Shown here one piece after another: positions 15,835 to 24,644 of a DNA stretch of 32,000 nt. This stretch comes from Allobaculum fili (lineage in GTDB: Bacteria; Bacillota_I; Bacilli_A; Erysipelotrichales; Erysipelotrichaceae), in NCBI RefSeq assembly GCF_020969955.1, contig NZ_JAHDSX010000010.1, forward strand, positions 30,001-62,000, written 5' to 3'. Each line of letters opens with the position of its first letter. The stretch's first letter is position 1. The position numbers were made by a program, and so were the translations under genes. The notes beneath the pieces are model-generated. The model made no database searches. It worked only from the letters and a program-made list of their open reading frames with translations, and had not been told where the DNA came from.

Positions 15835-17265
15835 TCAGAAGGGGAGATCTTCGCTTTCGAGCGTCTGCAGCTCCTTGCTGGAGAGCTGAAGAAGATCCGG
15901 ATTTCTGACGAGCCGTACGGCCTGTCGGGAGATGGCTTTTTCCAGCATCGTCCGTACATCCCGCGCGTTCGCAAAGCCTTTGGGGGCCGGACGGGTCAGC
16001 TGCTGGAAATAGGCGCCTGCTTTCTTTGCGGCTGCCGGACTCAGTGTGTAATCGAGCGCTCTGGCCATGTGTTCGAATATGGAAAACAGCTGGTCAGGCA
16101 GAAAGTCTTCAAAGTGAATGCACGTCGTAAAGCGGGAGCGCAGCCCCGGATTGGAGTCGAGAAAGCGGTCCATTTCCGCCGGATAGCCCGCTGCTATAAC
16201 GACAAGATCGTCGCGGTGATTTTCCATCTCGCGCAAAAGAACTTCGATGGCTTCGTGTCCAAAGTCGCGTTCGGACGAGCGGGCAAGCGCATACGCCTCA
16301 TCGATAAAGAGAACGCCGCCGATGGCTTTATCGATGACCTTTTTCGTTTTCATCGCCGTAGAGCCGATGTATTCGCCGACCAGATCGCCGCGCGTGCATT
16401 CCACAAAGGTTCCGCGCGAAAGAAAGCCGAGATCCTTGTAAATGCGGGCGACAATCCGGGCGGTAGTCGTTTTGCCGGTGCCGGGGTTGCCGGAGAAGAT
16501 CAGATGGCGGGCGGCCGGTGCGCTTTTCAGCCCGCGCGATTGACGCAGCCGGCTGATCTGGAGCAGGTCGCAAAGCGTATGGATTTCGTTTTTCGCTTCT
16601 TCCAGACCGGTCAGCGCATCCAGCTGTCGTAAATCTTCCTGCAGTGCACTGGAGGAAAGCGAAGAATCGTCCGGCGAGGACTTTGTTTCTTTTTTGCCGG
16701 TTGCAGACTCGTCTTCGCGTTGGTCTTCTTTGTTTCCAGCGGGCGCCTGTGAGACCTCTGCGAATTGTTTGGCAGACAAATTCGACATAGATGCATCCGA
16801 AGAATCCAAATCGGTTCGACCTGGATCGAAAAGCGTATCGATCTGATCGTGAATGGCGTGAAGCAGATCCTGATTGGCATTGGGGAAGTCTGGATCAGCA
16901 ATCTGAAAGAAATGGTCCGCAAACTGAAAATCCTCATCGAGTGAAACAGAATCGTCGAAAACATTTGTATTCAGCACAGTCGGATTCTCATGAATCCATG
17001 CGCTCTCCGGCCGGCTTTCTCTGGGAAAGAAGGCGATGAATTTCTGAACGGCGCTTTCGGAGCGGGTCCGGTTCCAGACGCCCATCATAAGCGTATATCC
17101 CAGTTTTCGGCGCATGTCCCAGCCAGTCAGCTCATGCAGGAAATCGCACGTTCCTAAAGCGGTCAGCAGATTCTGGCGCAAAGAAGATTCAACAGTCATG
17201 CCCTCATTATAAAAGCGAAGAAAGGAAAACCGTCCCTTATGCCTGTCTTCAAGGTATGTCTTCAC
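15835..17265 (-). CDS. AAA+ ATPase of the CbbX/SpoVK/EccA-like clade with an uncharacterised N-terminal domain
   Basis: The AAA+ module has Walker A GNPGTGKTT (aa 259-267), Walker B GGVLFIDEAYAL, the family-typical LDALTGLEEAKNEI preceding Walker A, and the sensor region SNPGLRSRF. The N-terminal ~150 aa have no motif I recognise. Residues ~150-210 are acidic, Ser-rich and look disordered. The annotated start is GTG with a weak RBS, so the start is uncertain. Confidence 0.85.
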   Translation of the reverse strand: MKTYLEDRHKGRFSFLRFYNEGMTVESSLRQNLLTALGTCDFLHELTGWDMRRKLGYTLMMGVWNRTRSESAVQKFIAFFPRESRPESAWIHENPTVLNTNVFDDSVSLDEDFQFADHFFQIADPDFPNANQDLLHAIHDQIDTLFDPGRTDLDSSDASMSNLSAKQFAEVSQAPAGNKEDQREDESATGKKETKSSPDDSSLSSSALQEDLRQLDALTGLEEAKNEIHTLCDLLQISRLRQSRGLKSAPAARHLIFSGNPGTGKTTTARIVARIYKDLGFLSRGTFVECTRGDLVGEYIGSTAMKTKKVIDKAIGGVLFIDEAYALARSSERDFGHEAIEVLLREMENHRDDLVVIAAGYPAEMDRFLDSNPGLRSRFTTCIHFEDFLPDQLFSIFEHMARALDYTLSPAAAKKAGAYFQQLTRPAPKGFANARDVRTMLEKAISRQAVRLVRNPDLLQLSSKELQTLESEDLPF

Positions 17266-17575
17266 TGCCAGTCTTCACCGTATGTCAGTGAGGCGTATCG
17301 TCTCTGCCTGTCTTTCCCGCATTTCTTCTTTCCATATCTCCACTGCGGTATTTTCGCTGCCGGTATTTCCTGCCGCCTTATGCGGGCATACAGACCGGCG
17401 GATCCAAAACGTGTCTCGCCTGCAGCTGCCGCACTTTGGGCAATCCGAATGACTTTTCACTCGATTTGTGGCCTTGTCTGTCAAAATATTTGGCTGGGCA
17501 AATCAAAATGAAATACTGCGAGGCTTCGTACAATAGGGATAGAAAGACTTCGCAAGGAAGCATTGAGGTGATTTT

Positions 17576-18064
17576 ATGTTATTTGGAATTCTGGCCCCTT
17601 ATTCGTATGGACTCGACTTCAACATCGGTCTTACGGCCTGGCTGGGCATTGCCTGCATCATTCTGGAGGTCGTCGGCCTCTGGAAAATGTTTGAAAAGGC
17701 GAACGTGGCTGGCTGGAAAGCGCTGATTCCGGTTTACAATCTGTATCTGCTTTACAAGATCAGCTGGCAGACGAAGATGTTCTGGTTTGGCCTGGGAACG
17801 GAACTGTTCGCTGGTATTTTCTACTATCTGGCGGTTGGAACGTTCAATTCCGCATTCCTGTATTTCGCCTATGGCCTTTCGATTGTAGCGGCCATTATTC
17901 AGGCCTGCCTCTGCTACAACGTTTCGCTGGCGTACGGCCATGGCATCGGCTATTTTCTGGGCATCTATCTGCTGGATTTCCTGTTCTATCCGATCATCGG
18001 CTTCGGTTCGAGCCGCTACATTGGAAACCGCTACGAAGGCTATACAAGCGGCAGCCGCTCGTAA
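17576..18064 (+). CDS. Small integral membrane protein, DUF5684-like
   Basis: GLWKMFEKANVAGWKALIPVYNLYLLYKISW matches the W-x-[IM]F-x-KAG-x-x-GW-x-ALIP-x-YN signature I associate with DUF5684. It has 4-5 predicted TM segments. TGAGGTGA lies upstream of the ATG. Confidence 0.75.
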   Translation: MLFGILAPYSYGLDFNIGLTAWLGIACIILEVVGLWKMFEKANVAGWKALIPVYNLYLLYKISWQTKMFWFGLGTELFAGIFYYLAVGTFNSAFLYFAYGLSIVAAIIQACLCYNVSLAYGHGIGYFLGIYLLDFLFYPIIGFGSSRYIGNRYEGYTSGSRS

Positions 18065-18095
18065 TCGAAATTGTTTTTCAATTTATTTCAAATGG

Positions 18096-18123
18096 AAGGC
18101 CGTCTGAACAGAGGGTCTTTTTG
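18096..18123 (+). terminator. Probable terminator after the DUF5684-like gene
   Basis: The imperfect stem GGCCGTCT/AGAGGGTC has one mismatch and one G-U pair. TTTTT follows. Confidence 0.5.
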
Positions 18124-18270
18124 TATGGACGAGGGCAAAGATCAGTAAAAAGAAAATGGCAAACACACCGCAGACTTACCGCAAGTGCGCCGGGAAATAC
18201 GGCCGGCAAGTATGTGATTTTGTCAGAAATATGGAGCGCACAGCCAAATCAGCCTAAGATATACGTGTAT

Positions 18271-19209
18271 ATGAAAATTCAGTCTATTGTCCGGGCCGGA
18301 ATGCTCACCGCGGTTTTTGGCGTCTTTCTGTTTCTGAACACGCTTGGCGGACTGTGGGTCGAATCGCTCTTTCCGTATTTTTTCGGACTGCCGATTCTGC
18401 TGTGCTGTCTGATCTGCGATCGGGATTCCAAAGTACCGCTCTGCGCGTTTCTGGCCATGTTTCTACTTATGTTCATGCTCTCCGGCATCACGACCTGGCT
18501 GGTCGCCGGATCAATGCTGGTATGCGGGTATGTGTTTGGCCGCGGCGCCATACGCCAGAAAAATCTTTTTGTTCTCTGTCTGGCGACCATGCTCATTCTG
18601 TTTGTGACGGATCTGCTTTCTATGACCGTCTTTGCCGCAGTCTTTGGTTTTGACGTTAAGGAAGAACTGTCCGTCATGGGACCGTTTTTGTGGATGGTCT
18701 CGCCGATGATGATTCTGATCCTGCTGGCGTTTATTGAAAGTCTGCTGGAAACGCTGGTGGCGGCGCTGGGCTGCGTCGTTCTCTGCCAGCGGGTTCTGCA
18801 CCGGCCGGTGCCGTTCAAGCTGCCGGAAAACTGGGACGTTTCTCCGTGGTGTTTCTGGCTGCTGCTCGTTTTATGGGGCGTATGGGAAATTCTGGTTTAC
18901 CAGAACAATCCGGCGCTCACGGTATGGCGCGATCTGGCGCTCGGTCTTCTGATTCTTGATTTTTTACTGATGGTCTGGCAGGGCTATCTGCTGCAGTTTC
19001 GAAAAGCCAGAACGGCGATGGACGAACTGCGTGACGATCCCTCCGTACAAAACCATCCGTCGAAACTGAAAAAGAAAAGAAAAGCCATTCAGAACCGCCT
19101 GTTCTGGATGACCTTCCTTTCGCTGATGCCTCTGCTCAATGTGTATACGGCATTGACAGGGATGTATAATTTAGTCTTACGTACCTTTGCCAGAAAGAAA
19201 GGTTCGTAA
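18271..19209 (+). CDS. Polytopic membrane protein, YybS-like (DUF2232) by position upstream of gdpP
   Basis: I chose the ATG at 18271 (MKIQSIVRAGMLTAVFGVFLFL...). The upstream part of the track ORF is basic and non-membrane. The protein has many TM segments. In Bacillus subtilis the order is yybS-yybT(gdpP)-rplI-dnaC, and this window has the same order. The RBS is weak, and the family call rests mainly on synteny. Confidence 0.7.
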   Translation: MKIQSIVRAGMLTAVFGVFLFLNTLGGLWVESLFPYFFGLPILLCCLICDRDSKVPLCAFLAMFLLMFMLSGITTWLVAGSMLVCGYVFGRGAIRQKNLFVLCLATMLILFVTDLLSMTVFAAVFGFDVKEELSVMGPFLWMVSPMMILILLAFIESLLETLVAALGCVVLCQRVLHRPVPFKLPENWDVSPWCFWLLLVLWGVWEILVYQNNPALTVWRDLALGLLILDFLLMVWQGYLLQFRKARTAMDELRDDPSVQNHPSKLKKKRKAIQNRLFWMTFLSLMPLLNVYTALTGMYNLVLRTFARKKGS

Positions 19210-19362
19210 GTCCTGCACGCAACCGCCCGCTAAAGTAAGATTCGATCCGTTTGTTTTGAAAAAGACGCTCTTTGTTCGAAAAACGATCGATCCGTGTGCG
19301 GCAAGAGAAGCTGCTGGCTTCTTGAAACCTGCAGGAGGTATGGAAAGACAAAGGAGCACATC

Positions 19363-21312
19363 ATGAAAGAATACGGGAAATGGCTGTTTGCTTTCTATTT
19401 CCTGCTTGCGCTTGGCGGTGTCATGACTGTCTACGAGGCGATTGCGGGAGAATGGATCATGTTCGCCCTGCTTCTGCTGCTGGATGCGGGATTTCTGTTT
19501 CTGATTACCGCGTTCTGGCTGCAGTTAAGAAGGAAGGGCATCCAGTCCGATGCCAAGATCAGCCGCATTCTGGGGCGCGACGCCAAAGAGGCGCTCTCCA
19601 TTGGCGAAGTCGGCATCATCACCTACAACGAAGAATACGAAGCCACCTGGGTTTCGGACTATCTGCGCCCCTTTTTCCCGAATCTGGTCAATCACAAGCT
19701 CACCGTGGTGATTGACGGCATTAAGGACCTGTTTCAGAGCGATATTGATTCGGTCGTCTGCATGTATAACGGCAACACGTTCGAATTCATTCATAAGGAA
19801 GACAGTTCGGTTCTGTTTGCGCGCAACATTTCGGAACTCGAACGCTATAAAAAGATGATTGCGCAAAACAGCATCGTCGTCGGAACGCTGACACTCGACA
19901 ACTATTCCGAGTATCTGTCCTACGACAACGAAGCGCTGATCAACGACATCAACACGCGCATTCGCACGCCTCTTCTGGCCTGGGCCAAGGAGATGCACAT
20001 TTTAATGCGCCGTACGCGCTCGGACCGCTATCTGCTCGTTCTGGACTCTGAAATCCTCACGTCCATGCGCAAGAAGAACTTCCCGATTCTTCAGAAAATC
20101 AAGGACGCAGCCAACAAGTCCGATCTGTCGATGACCATTTCCGCTGCCTTCGTCAGCGACCAGCCGAGCTTTCTGGAAATCGACCGTCTGCTCAACGAAC
20201 TGACCGAACTCGTTCAGTCGCGCGGCGGCGACCAGATCGCCATTAAAAAAGGGGAAAATCCGGTCGAATTCATCGGCGGCAATTCCGAAAAATCCACCCA
20301 GCGCTCCAAGGCGCGCGTCCGCACTGTCGGCGCCAGCCTGCAGGATGTCATTCGCTCTTCCCAGAAGGTGTTTATTCTGGGTCACGTTAACACCGACTAC
20401 GACGCCATGGGCGCCGCGCTGGCCGCTTCCAACTGGGTTCGCGCGCTGGGCAAGGATCCGTATATCGTATTAAAGGACGTGCCGCGCGATTCGCAGCTGT
20501 CCGATACGATGAACGCCTACTCGAGCACCATTCTCAGCCGGCATCGCTGCATTACCGAAGAGCAGGCACTGGAAATGGCGGACGATAAGAAAGATCTGCT
20601 CGTTCTGGTCGACCATTCCAACCCGGCCATTTCATCGGGCAAGGAACTGCTCAAGCGGGATATTCGAAAAGTCATTATTGACCATCACCGCCGCAACGCG
20701 GAAGCCAGCCAGGAAAATGTTCTGGTCAGCTACATCGAACCGGAAGCCAGTTCGACTTGCGAGCTTATGACAGAACTGCTGGAATCCTCGACGGTCTCCA
20801 TTCCAATCTATGAAATGGAAGCGACAATCATGTATCTTGGTATCGTTGTCGACACCAGCCGCTTCAAGCAGCACACGTCCGAGCGGACGTTCCAGGCTGC
20901 CGCGACGCTGCGCTCCTGGGGCGCGAACGCCAACCGCGCCGAACAGGCTCTGCAGGTGGATTATTCCGCCTATCGCCGCAAGGCGCAGATGATTGAAAAA
21001 GCAAAGCTGTATCGCGATAAATATCTCATTGATATTCTGGATGAGCCGGTCAGCCGGACGATGCTCTCCAAAATTTCCGATGAGCTGCTCAGCTTCAAAG
21101 GCTGCAGCGCGGCATTCACCATCGGAATCAACGAAAACAACGGCAGCGTAGCTGTCTCTGCACGCAGCGACGGAAGCGTCAACGTGCAGAAAATTATGGA
21201 AAAAATGAACGGCGGCGGCCATTTCACGGCCGCGGCCCTCGAGAGAGAAAACGCAACGGTCGAAGAAGTCGCTGCCCAGCTGCAGGATCTTCTCGATGAA
21301 GAGGAGGAGTAG
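19363..21312 (+). CDS. gdpP: Cyclic-di-AMP phosphodiesterase GdpP (two TMs, PAS-like and degenerate GGDEF region, DHH/DHHA1)
   Basis: AAAGGAG precedes the ATG at 19363. Two N-terminal TMs are present. The DHH motifs are ILGHVNTDYDAMGAA, LVLVDHS and VIIDHHRR. DHHA1 is marked by MNGGGHFTAAA. Confidence 0.92.
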   Translation: MKEYGKWLFAFYFLLALGGVMTVYEAIAGEWIMFALLLLLDAGFLFLITAFWLQLRRKGIQSDAKISRILGRDAKEALSIGEVGIITYNEEYEATWVSDYLRPFFPNLVNHKLTVVIDGIKDLFQSDIDSVVCMYNGNTFEFIHKEDSSVLFARNISELERYKKMIAQNSIVVGTLTLDNYSEYLSYDNEALINDINTRIRTPLLAWAKEMHILMRRTRSDRYLLVLDSEILTSMRKKNFPILQKIKDAANKSDLSMTISAAFVSDQPSFLEIDRLLNELTELVQSRGGDQIAIKKGENPVEFIGGNSEKSTQRSKARVRTVGASLQDVIRSSQKVFILGHVNTDYDAMGAALAASNWVRALGKDPYIVLKDVPRDSQLSDTMNAYSSTILSRHRCITEEQALEMADDKKDLLVLVDHSNPAISSGKELLKRDIRKVIIDHHRRNAEASQENVLVSYIEPEASSTCELMTELLESSTVSIPIYEMEATIMYLGIVVDTSRFKQHTSERTFQAAATLRSWGANANRAEQALQVDYSAYRRKAQMIEKAKLYRDKYLIDILDEPVSRTMLSKISDELLSFKGCSAAFTIGINENNGSVAVSARSDGSVNVQKIMEKMNGGGHFTAAALERENATVEEVAAQLQDLLDEEEE

Positions 21313-21314
21313 AA

Positions 21315-21767
21315 ATGAAAGTAATTTTGTTAACCGATGTCCGCAAAGTCGGAAAAAAAGATGAAGTCAAGGAAGTTTCGGACGGATACGCCCGCAACTA
21401 CCTGATCAAGAACGGTCTGGCTGTGGTCTGCTCCAAGGAAAACACCCGTGCCCTGGACGAGCGCATCGCCGCGCGCAAGGAAGAAGACGACCAGAACCGT
21501 CAGGAAGCTGAGCGCATCGCCAAAGAGCTGGAAAACATGCAGCTCGAGTTCACCCTCAACACCGGAAAAGGCGGCAACACGTTTGGCCAGATTTCGTCCA
21601 AGCAGATCGCCCATGCCCTTTCGGAAAAAGGCATTGTCGTCGACAAGCGCAAAATCATGATGGAAACGCCGGTAGATTCCTTAGGCACCACGAACGTGAA
21701 AGTGGATCTGTACAAAGGAAAAATCATCGGAACCATTCACGTCCATGTCAGCGCGAAAGGAGCTTAA
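21315..21767 (+). CDS. rplI: 50S ribosomal protein L9
   Basis: MKVILLTDVRKVGKKDEVKEVSDGYARNYLIKNGLAV is a canonical L9 N-terminus. A GGAGGAG RBS lies within the end of gdpP. Confidence 0.95.
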   Translation: MKVILLTDVRKVGKKDEVKEVSDGYARNYLIKNGLAVVCSKENTRALDERIAARKEEDDQNRQEAERIAKELENMQLEFTLNTGKGGNTFGQISSKQIAHALSEKGIVVDKRKIMMETPVDSLGTTNVKVDLYKGKIIGTIHVHVSAKGA

Positions 21768-21773
21768 TCTGTC

Positions 21774-23123
21774 ATGATTCAGGAACTGCCCAATGCGAGC
21801 CGCATGGAGCAGGCCTTGCTCGGTGCCGTACTGATCGACCCTGAAGTCCTGTCCAAGTGCCGGGACGAGGATCTTACGGCAGCCGAGTTTTTTGTTCCTG
21901 CTCACCAGCAGATTTATTCCGCCATGCTGGCGCTCGCGTCCGCCGGCCGTCAGGTTGATTTTGAAAATATTGTGCTCCGCCTGCAGGAAAACGAAGAACT
22001 CGAAAGCAGCGGCGGCATGGACTATATTTCCGAACTCGTCGACGGTGCTGTCTCCGGCGCGGTCGCGGGCCGCTATATTGAGACCATTCAGGCCAAGGCG
22101 CAGCTGCGCCGCCTGATCAGTACTGCGGATCGGATCTCGGAAGAAGCTTCGGGATCTTCGCTCGAACTCGATTCCATTCTCGATGACGCCGAACGGTCCA
22201 TCATGGACGTCACCCGGCGCCGTCGCGGTTCGGACTTTCGTTCTTCGGCGGAAATCTGCGAAGAAGTAAAAAATGAAATTTCCATTTTGCGCGAACAGAG
22301 CGGCATCAGCGGCATCCGGACCGGGTATACCGATCTCGACCGGATGACCAACGGTCTGCACCGCGGTGATCTGATTATTCTCGCCGCCCGACCGGCGATG
22401 GGTAAGTCGGCGTTCGCGCTCAATGTCGCCAACCAGGTTGCCCGACGCAACCCGGGCGCGGTCGCCATTTTCTCGCTGGAAATGCCGGCGGCTTCGCTCA
22501 TGAAGCGTCTGATTGCCTCGGAATCCAGAATCGATGGCGGCAAGCTCACCAGCGGCAAGCTCGACGACGGCGAAATGAACGGCCTTTCTGATGCGTGCGC
22601 TCAGCTGTCAGACCGGGAACTGTTTATCGACGATACGTCGATGGTCAAAGTCAGCCAGATTTTCTCGAAATGCCGCAAGCTGAAAAACCAGGCCGGTTCG
22701 CTCTCTCTGATCGTCATCGACTACCTGCAGCTGATCAGCGGAAGCGGCCGTACCGACTCGCGTCAGCAGGAAGTTTCGGACATTTCGCGAAACCTTAAAA
22801 TTCTCGCCAAGGAAATGGACTGCCCGGTTATCGCGCTTTCCCAGCTGTCCCGAAAAGTCGAAGAGCGTACCAACCATGAACCGCAGCTTTCCGACTTGCG
22901 TGAATCTGGATCGATCGAGCAGGACGCGGACATCGTCATGTTCATTTACCGTGAGCAGTACTACAATTCGGATCCAGATCAGCAGACGGAAACCGAAGTT
23001 GTCGATCTTTCCCTGAAAAAGCATCGAAACGGTGAAACCGGTAAAGTTCAGCTCGTGTTCGAAAAGTCGTATTCGCTGTTTTCTTCTCTGGCGCATGACG
23101 GAGTGCCTGGCTATGCGGGTTGA
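21774..23123 (+). CDS. dnaB: Replicative DNA helicase (DnaB family; DnaC in B. subtilis nomenclature)
   Basis: The N-terminus has MEQALLGAVLIDPEVL. Walker A is AARPAMGKSAFALNVA. Also present are IVIDYLQLI and the helicase motifs SQLSRKVEER and ESGSIEQDADIV. Confidence 0.95.
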   Translation: MIQELPNASRMEQALLGAVLIDPEVLSKCRDEDLTAAEFFVPAHQQIYSAMLALASAGRQVDFENIVLRLQENEELESSGGMDYISELVDGAVSGAVAGRYIETIQAKAQLRRLISTADRISEEASGSSLELDSILDDAERSIMDVTRRRRGSDFRSSAEICEEVKNEISILREQSGISGIRTGYTDLDRMTNGLHRGDLIILAARPAMGKSAFALNVANQVARRNPGAVAIFSLEMPAASLMKRLIASESRIDGGKLTSGKLDDGEMNGLSDACAQLSDRELFIDDTSMVKVSQIFSKCRKLKNQAGSLSLIVIDYLQLISGSGRTDSRQQEVSDISRNLKILAKEMDCPVIALSQLSRKVEERTNHEPQLSDLRESGSIEQDADIVMFIYREQYYNSDPDQQTETEVVDLSLKKHRNGETGKVQLVFEKSYSLFSSLAHDGVPGYAG

Positions 23124-24138
23124 TCTGCTCTGCTCGGGATCGAAAGGCAACGCCTGTCTGGTCCGGCATAACAATACGAAGATTCTGATCGACTGCGGAC
23201 CTCCGTCCTGGCGCTATCTCAAAAACGCCATGGATGATGCAGGGGTAAGTCCGGACGATCTGGATGCCCTGCTCATTACCCACAGCCACAGCGACCATAT
23301 CCGGCAGCTTTCGCATTTTACCGGCCTGCCGGTATACGCCTGCTGCGCCCTTCATCCCAAAAACTATAAAAAGCAGCCGGTGACTCTCGATCTGCGTCAG
23401 GTTCTGCCGCCTGTCCGCTTTCAGGTAGGGGACCTGAAAATTCTCGCCTTGCCAACCTCGCACGATTCGGGTCCGTCGATGGGGTTTGTCATTAAGTCCG
23501 AACACGAAAAGCTCGTATACATGACCGATACCGGCTACGTGCCTGAAGCGCTGTTTGGCGATCTTTCGGATGCGGACTACTACATTTTTGAAAGCAATCA
23601 CGATCTGGAAAAGCTCAACCAGACCGACCGGCCGTTCGCTCTGAAAATGCGCATCGCCTCCGATACCGGTCATCTGTGCAATCAGGACAGCGCCCGCATT
23701 CTCTGCAGCTGCATGACCCGGCGCACCCGCCATATCGTTCTGGCTCATCTTTCCGAAGAAGCCAATACGCCCGAACTGGCGCTAGGCGCTCTGTTTGAAC
23801 GGCTCGAGTATGCGCACGTTCATCACGATCAGCTTGTGATTGAAGCTGCAAAGCAGTTTGAACCGCTCCATTTTGGCGAGATCCGGGAAGATGATGAGGC
23901 GGCTGACGAAACGGCGGCTGCGTATTCGGCGGATTTGTCGGATTTGTCGGATTTGTCGGATTTGTCGGATTTGACAGACCCGGCAGACAAAGCGAAAAAC
24001 ACGGACAGTACGTCTTTTCCGGATCGAAAAGAGGATGCTTCGCCTGCGGCTTTGCCTGCGCCTCAAAAAGCTGCTTCCAAACGCTCACGTTCCAAAGCCG
24101 CTTTGGCGGGTCATGGCGAATCGTCACATGCTGCCTGA
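23113..24138 (+). CDS. MBL-fold metallo-hydrolase, YycJ/WalJ-like, with a ~85-aa low-complexity C-terminal extension
   Basis: MRVDLLCSGSKGNACLV..., the HxHxDH motif (LLITHSHSDH), and later His/Asp ligands (TSHDS, MTDTG, TGHL, LAHLS) are present. The ATG at 23113 overlaps the dnaB stop (23121-23123) by 11 nt. The core ends near aa 255 (nt ~23877). The tail holds the DLS repeats and an Ala/Pro/Lys/Ser-rich end. Confidence 0.85.
   Translation: MRVDLLCSGSKGNACLVRHNNTKILIDCGPPSWRYLKNAMDDAGVSPDDLDALLITHSHSDHIRQLSHFTGLPVYACCALHPKNYKKQPVTLDLRQVLPPVRFQVGDLKILALPTSHDSGPSMGFVIKSEHEKLVYMTDTGYVPEALFGDLSDADYYIFESNHDLEKLNQTDRPFALKMRIASDTGHLCNQDSARILCSCMTRRTRHIVLAHLSEEANTPELALGALFERLEYAHVHHDQLVIEAAKQFEPLHFGEIREDDEAADETAAAYSADLSDLSDLSDLSDLTDPADKAKNTDSTSFPDRKEDASPAALPAPQKAASKRSRSKAALAGHGESSHAA
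23931..23975 (+). repeat. 9-bp in-frame microsatellite (GGATTTGTC)x4 plus one variant copy, encoding (DLS)n
   Basis: There are four perfect copies at 23931-23966. A fifth copy, GGATTTGAC, lies at 23967-23975. A degenerate copy, GTATTCGGC, lies just upstream at 23922-23930. Confidence 0.95.
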
Positions 24139-24319
24139 AACGAAATCGCATGCTTTCTTTTCCAACAGGAAATCGTCTCATTTTCGTTCATAAAGCTGCT
24201 TGTCTAAAGCGGCTTGCCGTTTTGCGGCAGTCTCTGGTTTTCCAGAAGGCTGCCGCTTTTCTTATAGCCGGACTTTGTTCGCCAATGCCCGTATCTTTGT
24301 CCGCCCCGGCTTTTCCGGC

Positions 24320-24379
24320 CTGTTCTTTCCTGCTTTGTCTTTTCCCGTTTTGTCTTTTTCCGATTTGTCTGGACGGAAG
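24320..24379 (+). repeat. Degenerate 15-bp tandem repeat (~4 units) in the intergenic spacer
   Basis: The units are CTGTTCTTTCCTGCT, TTGTCTTTTCCCGTT, TTGTCTTTTTCCGAT and TTGTCTGGACGGAAG. They share the TTTGTC core with the upstream coding microsatellite. Another GATTTTGTC lies at 24391-24399. Confidence 0.75.
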
Positions 24380-24635
24380 GAAGCCGGGCGGATTTTGTCG
24401 GGCTTTCGCCTGGAAACCGGAGATGGCGAGCGCTTTTGCCCCGCGCTGGTCTGCCTCTGGGCAAAAATCGGAAACTGGCCAGTGCGCCGCAATCGCTCCA
24501 GAAAAGTTCAAAACGATTTAAGTACAGGCAAACTGGCAATAATCATAATGGATTCGTATTAAAAATATCCGTATCGGAGATGGAAGAATTTCACTCTGCT
24601 TACCCTGAGCTATCTCCGGGGAATTGAGCGGGTTT

Positions 24636-24644
24636 TGGTATAAT
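24636..24644 (+). promoter_or_regulatory. Extended -10 promoter element for upp (TGgTATAAT)
   Basis: TGGTATAAT lies 28 nt upstream of the upp start. There is no convincing -35, which is acceptable for extended -10 promoters. The RBS AAGGAAGGTGA is at 24655-24665. Confidence 0.55.

Noticed and set aside
16795-16815. The GGTTCGA-containing stretch, checked as a possible tRNA T-arm
   Set aside because: It lies inside the AAA+ CDS, and no acceptor or anticodon stems can be drawn around it. No tRNA-like cloverleaf was found anywhere in the window.
23931-24399. Repeat clusters considered as a CRISPR-like array
   Set aside because: The units are 9 and 15 bp, directly abutting with no spacers. One cluster is inside a CDS. 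No cas genes are present.
24268-24507. A CsrA-titrating sRNA idea, based on multiple GGA motifs (GGACGGAAGGAAG, GGAAACCGGAGATGG, CGGAAAC)
   Set aside because: The GGA motifs are not presented in recognisable hairpin loops. No promoter or terminator delimits an sRNA. Such sponges are not established in Bacillota. The idea is too speculative to list as a feature.
24488-24520. A possible PyrR-binding loop upstream of upp (AATCG-CUCCAGAAAAGUU...CGATT)
   Set aside because: The loop only partly resembles the conserved UCCAGAGAGG core, with two of the G positions replaced by A. It lies upstream of the best promoter candidate, and no terminator/antiterminator pair follows it.
24150-24627. Six overlapping ORFs (63-123 aa) in all six frames between the MBL gene and upp
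   Set aside because: They exist only because the DNA lacks A/T-containing stop trinucleotides. The translations are low-complexity (Phe/Leu/Cys/Pro-rich on +, Lys/Arg/Gly-rich on -), have no RBS and are mutually exclusive. I treat them as a compositional artefact and report the region itself as a finding.
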